From: Octopus bimaculoides
Lineage: Eukaryota
Assembly: GCF_001194135.2 (NCBI RefSeq)
Contig: NC_068981.1
Coordinates: 172,993,333 to 173,057,332 of the forward strand
Direction of reading: 5' to 3'
Length of the DNA: 64,000 bases
Positions 59,768-64,000 of this stretch are shown here, in pieces. Made by a program: the position numbers and the translations under genes. Within the stretch, counting starts at the first letter, position 1; the number at the start of each line of letters is the position of its first letter. The notes beneath the pieces are model-generated. The model saw only the letters and a program-made list of their open reading frames with translations, was not told the DNA's origin and ran no database searches.

Positions 59768-60063
59768 AATTTATATAAAAAATTTTATAAACCAAGAAGA
59801 TGAAATGAACAGGCTTTAATTAGAAATCACAACAATTGTTTCTCTGCAATGGTAACAGCTGTTAGTTGCTAAGTTTTTCATATCATACTATTACATAAGC
59901 TATTTTATAAATAACTACATAAATGAATATGATCTAGCAGTTGTGTATGATATGGAAAACTCAGCAGCTAATAGCTGTTATCACTGCACAGAAACAATTG
60001 TTGTGATTTGTAATCAAAAACTTATTCTGTCTTCTTGGTTCATAAATTTTTTAAATATAAATT
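59768..60063. repeat. Fold-back element: ~120-bp imperfect inverted arms with a 56-bp spacer
   Basis: 59768-59888 is the reverse complement of 59945-60063 at roughly 80% identity by eye. Confidence 0.85.
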
Positions 60064-62218
60064 TTATATATACATCACCCCCACCCCACCACCCACCACC
60101 CACACCACCATCACNNNNNNNNNNNNNNNNNNNNNNNNNNNNNNNNNNNNNACCACCCACTGAAGAAAGTCCCCAAAAGTATTGAAACCAGGTCTTTTCT
60201 GTTCTCAAAAAATCTTGTACTCTTCTACAAAGACAATCTGTTGCCACTCCTCCCAGGAAAAATGTAGTGTACCAGCACCTGGTCTAGAAACTTTTAACCA
60301 ACAATGCTATTGTGCACTAATTGTCGTAAGTATGAACAAGTAATTGTGTGTGTGTGTGTGTATGTATGTATCTATGTATTTATGTATGTATAAGTTTATG
60401 TGTGCCTATCTGTTTATTTTTACAAGAGTTGCTTAGTTACTTGACAAGTTAGAATGTCCTGTATTTTAAATGGCTCCAGGATATTATGCCTTTGTATGAC
60501 AAATAACATTTGATGACATTGGAAAAGTTATTTAACTAAACAAAGCCTCTTCATGAATAATATGTCCTTCAAGGAATGGTGTGGCAAAGTTCAAGTCAAC
60601 AGAGGATTTGAAAGGAAATTCTTTTAGCCAATCTGTTACATAATGTAGTTTGAATTGTGTTTACAATGTTTTATTGTATGAATGAATGTATAAAAAGTAA
60701 CAGAACGCTAATCCCACACATTACTGGTGGCAGTAGCAGTGATAGCAACACCAGCAGAAGAGGAAAGGAAGAAAAGGAGCTTGAGAGGTGNNNNNNNNNN
60801 NNNNNNNNNNNNNNNNNNNNNNNNNNNNNNNNNNNNNNNNNNNNNNNNNNNNNNNNNNNNNNNNNNNNNNNNNNNNNNNNNNNNNNNNNNNNNNNNNNNN
60901 NNNNNNNNNNNNNNNNNNNNNNNNNNNNNNNNNNNNNNNNNNNNNNNNNNNNNNNNNNNNNNNNNNNNNNNNNTTTTTTTGGTATTCAGCCATAGTGTAT
61001 CTAAGGCTACAGTATTAATGTCTTTTATAAGATGGTAGGGTATGGCTTGTGGGAGATATGGATGCTATTTCTTGTAAAGGTGCATGGACTAATGGTTAAG
61101 GTGTTCAGTTCATGATCATATGATCATTAGTTCAATTCCTGGACCAGGCAGTGTATTGTATCTTTAAGCAAGACACTTCACTTCATGTTGCTCCAGTCCA
61201 CTCAGCTGTAATGAAAACCATCTAGGTGCTGGTACAACCCACTCTCCTTTCATCAGTCACATTCTGGATGATCTAATGAGTCAAAAGTGAGGGGCTGAGA
61301 AGGTGTTCAAAACAATCAGTGAAAGCATGGTACATGTTATCAAGCTTACAGTACTGTAAAGGTTGCTGTACTTTACTTGTTACTTTTCCTAGAAAATCAA
61401 GCAATATTAAGGAGGGACCCTCAAGTGTGGCATCTGAGTATTGCTCAGTTCAGTAATAGCTAGTGTCCCATAAGTAGGGAAGCATTTGACATTATATTAA
61501 AGCTTTATATACTGCCTTACTTGTGAGACACGTCGTCTATAAAGATCACACTCTCCAAAGCTGGACAAAAATGACATTCTGAATCAATAAAACATTGCTA
61601 GGTTTCCTTCAGATCTAGAAAATATGTTATTCTGGGTAGAGAAAAGAAACTGGTTCCTCTTATTCAATCATTGATATACATATACAAACCAGTTAGTAAT
61701 TAAGGATGATGCTAACTAGTTACAACTTAATAGCAGAATGAACAACACAACATAACCACTTTGTGTACCAACTGCTTCATTACTATATGTTAGTAACAAC
61801 ATGACATAAACACACTTCTTTTGTGGACAAAAGCATCAACAAACTTCTACATGACTCAGGTTAACTTCACTCTATGACTACACACACACACACACACACA
61901 CACAACAGACATACCTCTCCTGTTCTTTCCTTTCAAACTTTCTTTAAGTATCTACTTAAGTGCTATAAGAAATATGCAAATGCTTGATAAACATTTTTTT
62001 TTGCAGATGTCAAATGATTAACAGCTAAGCTACAAATAGGGATTGCTCTTTATAAGATTAATACTCTCCTTTGTATCCTAGGCCTAGAACAAGAATGTTC
62101 TTCATTGCATAGAGAAACTTCACAGACACTTCAAAACATATGTGTAACTCAAAAATATTAGTGCTTACTTAAGCTCATTTAGCCACAGAACCCTGTAGAA
62201 TTGATGACTTTAAATATA

Positions 62219-63496
62219 TTAGATTGTTCCAAAAATAATGGCCAATTTCAGAAACATGATTTTATTCTGGAAAAATTGACAATAGAAATGTTTTGATTAG
62301 TCAAAGTATGAGCCATGAACATCTATGCATCTCTGCCATTGACCAACAAGATTATTTATGCCTCGTCGATAAAAACTTATTGGCTTTGATGCTAAGAAAT
62401 CTTTGAAAGCTGATTCCACCTCTGGTTTGGACCTAAAAGTTTTATCTCTTAAAAACGTGTTTAAATGCTTTAAAAAATGGTAGTCAGTGGGTGAAAGATC
62501 AGAATATGGAGGATGTCGTAAAGTCTTGTAACCCAAGTCTGAGTTTCTGCCGCATCATCCTTCCAACATGTGGTTTTGCATTATCGTGGAGCAGAATTGG
62601 GCCATGCCAATTCACCAATACAGGTCTCATTTTTTGCAAGTGAGCATGCATTTCAGCAAGTTGTTTGCAGTAAACCTCTGCTGTAATGCTCTGATTGGCT
62701 TCCAGAAAGCCATAATGGACAACACCAATTGCAGACCACCAGACAGTCATCATAATCTTTTGCTAATGCAACTTTGGTTTTGGGAAATGTTTGGGGAACT
62801 CATCACGATCAAGCCATTGACCTGATCGTTTATGGTTATCATTAAGGATCCACTTTTCATCACAAGTGACTATTCAGTCAAGAAAAGGATCATTGGTGTT
62901 TCGCAGAAAGAGCATCAAGCACACTTCAAAACACTGGACTTTTTGATTTTCATTGAACTAATGCAGTACCCATTTATCAAGCTTTTTCACCTTACCAATC
63001 TTCCGTAGATTGCGTGAGACTGTTGCAATACCAACATCAAGTACCTGGGACATTTCTCTGACACTTTGTCGTGGGTTTTGTTCAATAATTGCTTTTAATA
63101 GTTCATTGTCAAGACTCATGACCATCCTCTACCTTCTTCATCTTGAAGGCTCTCATCACTACTACAGAATTTCTGAAACCACCTTCATACTGTGTGATCA
63201 CTTGTGGACCCCTCTCCCCATGCTCTGTTGATATTGGCAGTAATTTGGGAGGCATTATGCCCAAGCTTAAACTCATGCAAGAAAAGTAAGCGAAGGTCCT
63301 TTTTTGTCATGTTCATAATTAAGGGTGCCTATGCTTCAAGAATGTTTTCTGTCTGAAATAAATAGAAAATTATTAAAGAGCATACATCAATTATTAAGTA
63401 TGTCAAAATTCACCAAAAATATAATTAAAATACTATAATAAAAGTGTGTTTCAAAACACAACACTTAGATCGGCCATTATTTTCAGAACAACCTAA
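62219..63496 (-). mobile_element. Full-length defective mariner transposon (1278 bp)
   Basis: TA target duplications at 62217-18 and 63497-98; 25-bp TIRs TTAGRTTGTTCYRAAAATAATGGCC (3 mismatches); transposase 63316..62297 with VTCDEKW, LLHDNAKPH and HPPYSDLSPTDYH plus stops and frameshifts. Confidence 0.94.
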
Positions 63497-64000
63497 TAAT
63501 TCTGCTTCTCTAAATGTGTAGCAGACTCAGGTCAGCTATAGGTTATCTTCTACACATTATTCACCCTATTGTTGATGGGATCAAGCACTTTGCCAGCCCC
63601 AAGTTTTGTGGTTTAAAAATAGTGCACCATAGAAGCAGTGTAATATGTTGGGGGAAAAAAATTATATCTAAAATATATGAAAAATACAAAATTCAAATTC
63701 TAATTAAAGCATTTTGATAACTTTGTTTTATTTATTGAATAAAAAAGTAAATTTTTTTTTTCTCTGTAGTTTCAGCTCAGAGCTGCGGCCATGCTGATGC
63801 ACCACCGTTAAATACTTAATAAATTTATGTAGTTTAAATTATTTACATTTATAAGCTAAAATATATAAATATATTTTTTTATAACAAATTTTTAGTCAAG
63901 TAAAAAAGTGGGGGGAACTAGTCTCCTAGTATTTCATCAGAATATCTTACTCACACACGCTCTCTCTCTCTCTCTCTCTCTCTTTCACTCTCTTTCTCCC

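Noticed and set aside
46600-64000. A second host protein-coding gene
   Set aside because: No chain of phase-compatible exons with recognisable homology on either strand; all recognisable ORFs are transposon-derived.

Overview
AT-rich, repeat-dense eukaryotic genomic DNA with 8 assembly gaps. The tRNA-derived SINE families, (GAT)n-tailed RTE LINE ends and dense microsatellites look like an octopod cephalopod genome (inference). One host gene can be fully reconstructed by hand on the minus strand: a V-type proton ATPase V0 subunit a (ATP6V0A/Vph1 family). It has 22 GT-AG coding exons from 33739 down to 3808, all phases join, and they give an 835-aa ORF with the essential SYLRLWAL arginine intact. 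A probable non-coding first exon and promoter lie near 45.2-45.3 kb, where an M-box/GATA palindrome sits next to a strong donor. The rest is mobile DNA: a 5'-truncated RTE LINE with a PHD-type finger inside its RT and a 66-bp-period hairpin array in its 3' UTR, two full-length defective mariner elements, a Tc1/mariner MITE, Penelope-like, hAT and CRE-like fragments, a fold-back element, and many SINEs, several with perfect target-site duplications. There is no CRISPR array, rRNA or genuine tRNA. I cannot establish a new biological system here. The best leads are the LINE 3' UTR array, the RT-embedded PHD finger, a splice-assembled uORF under a putative MITF/TFEB site, a tRNA-head element with a hammerhead-like tail, and SINE hairpins beside exons.
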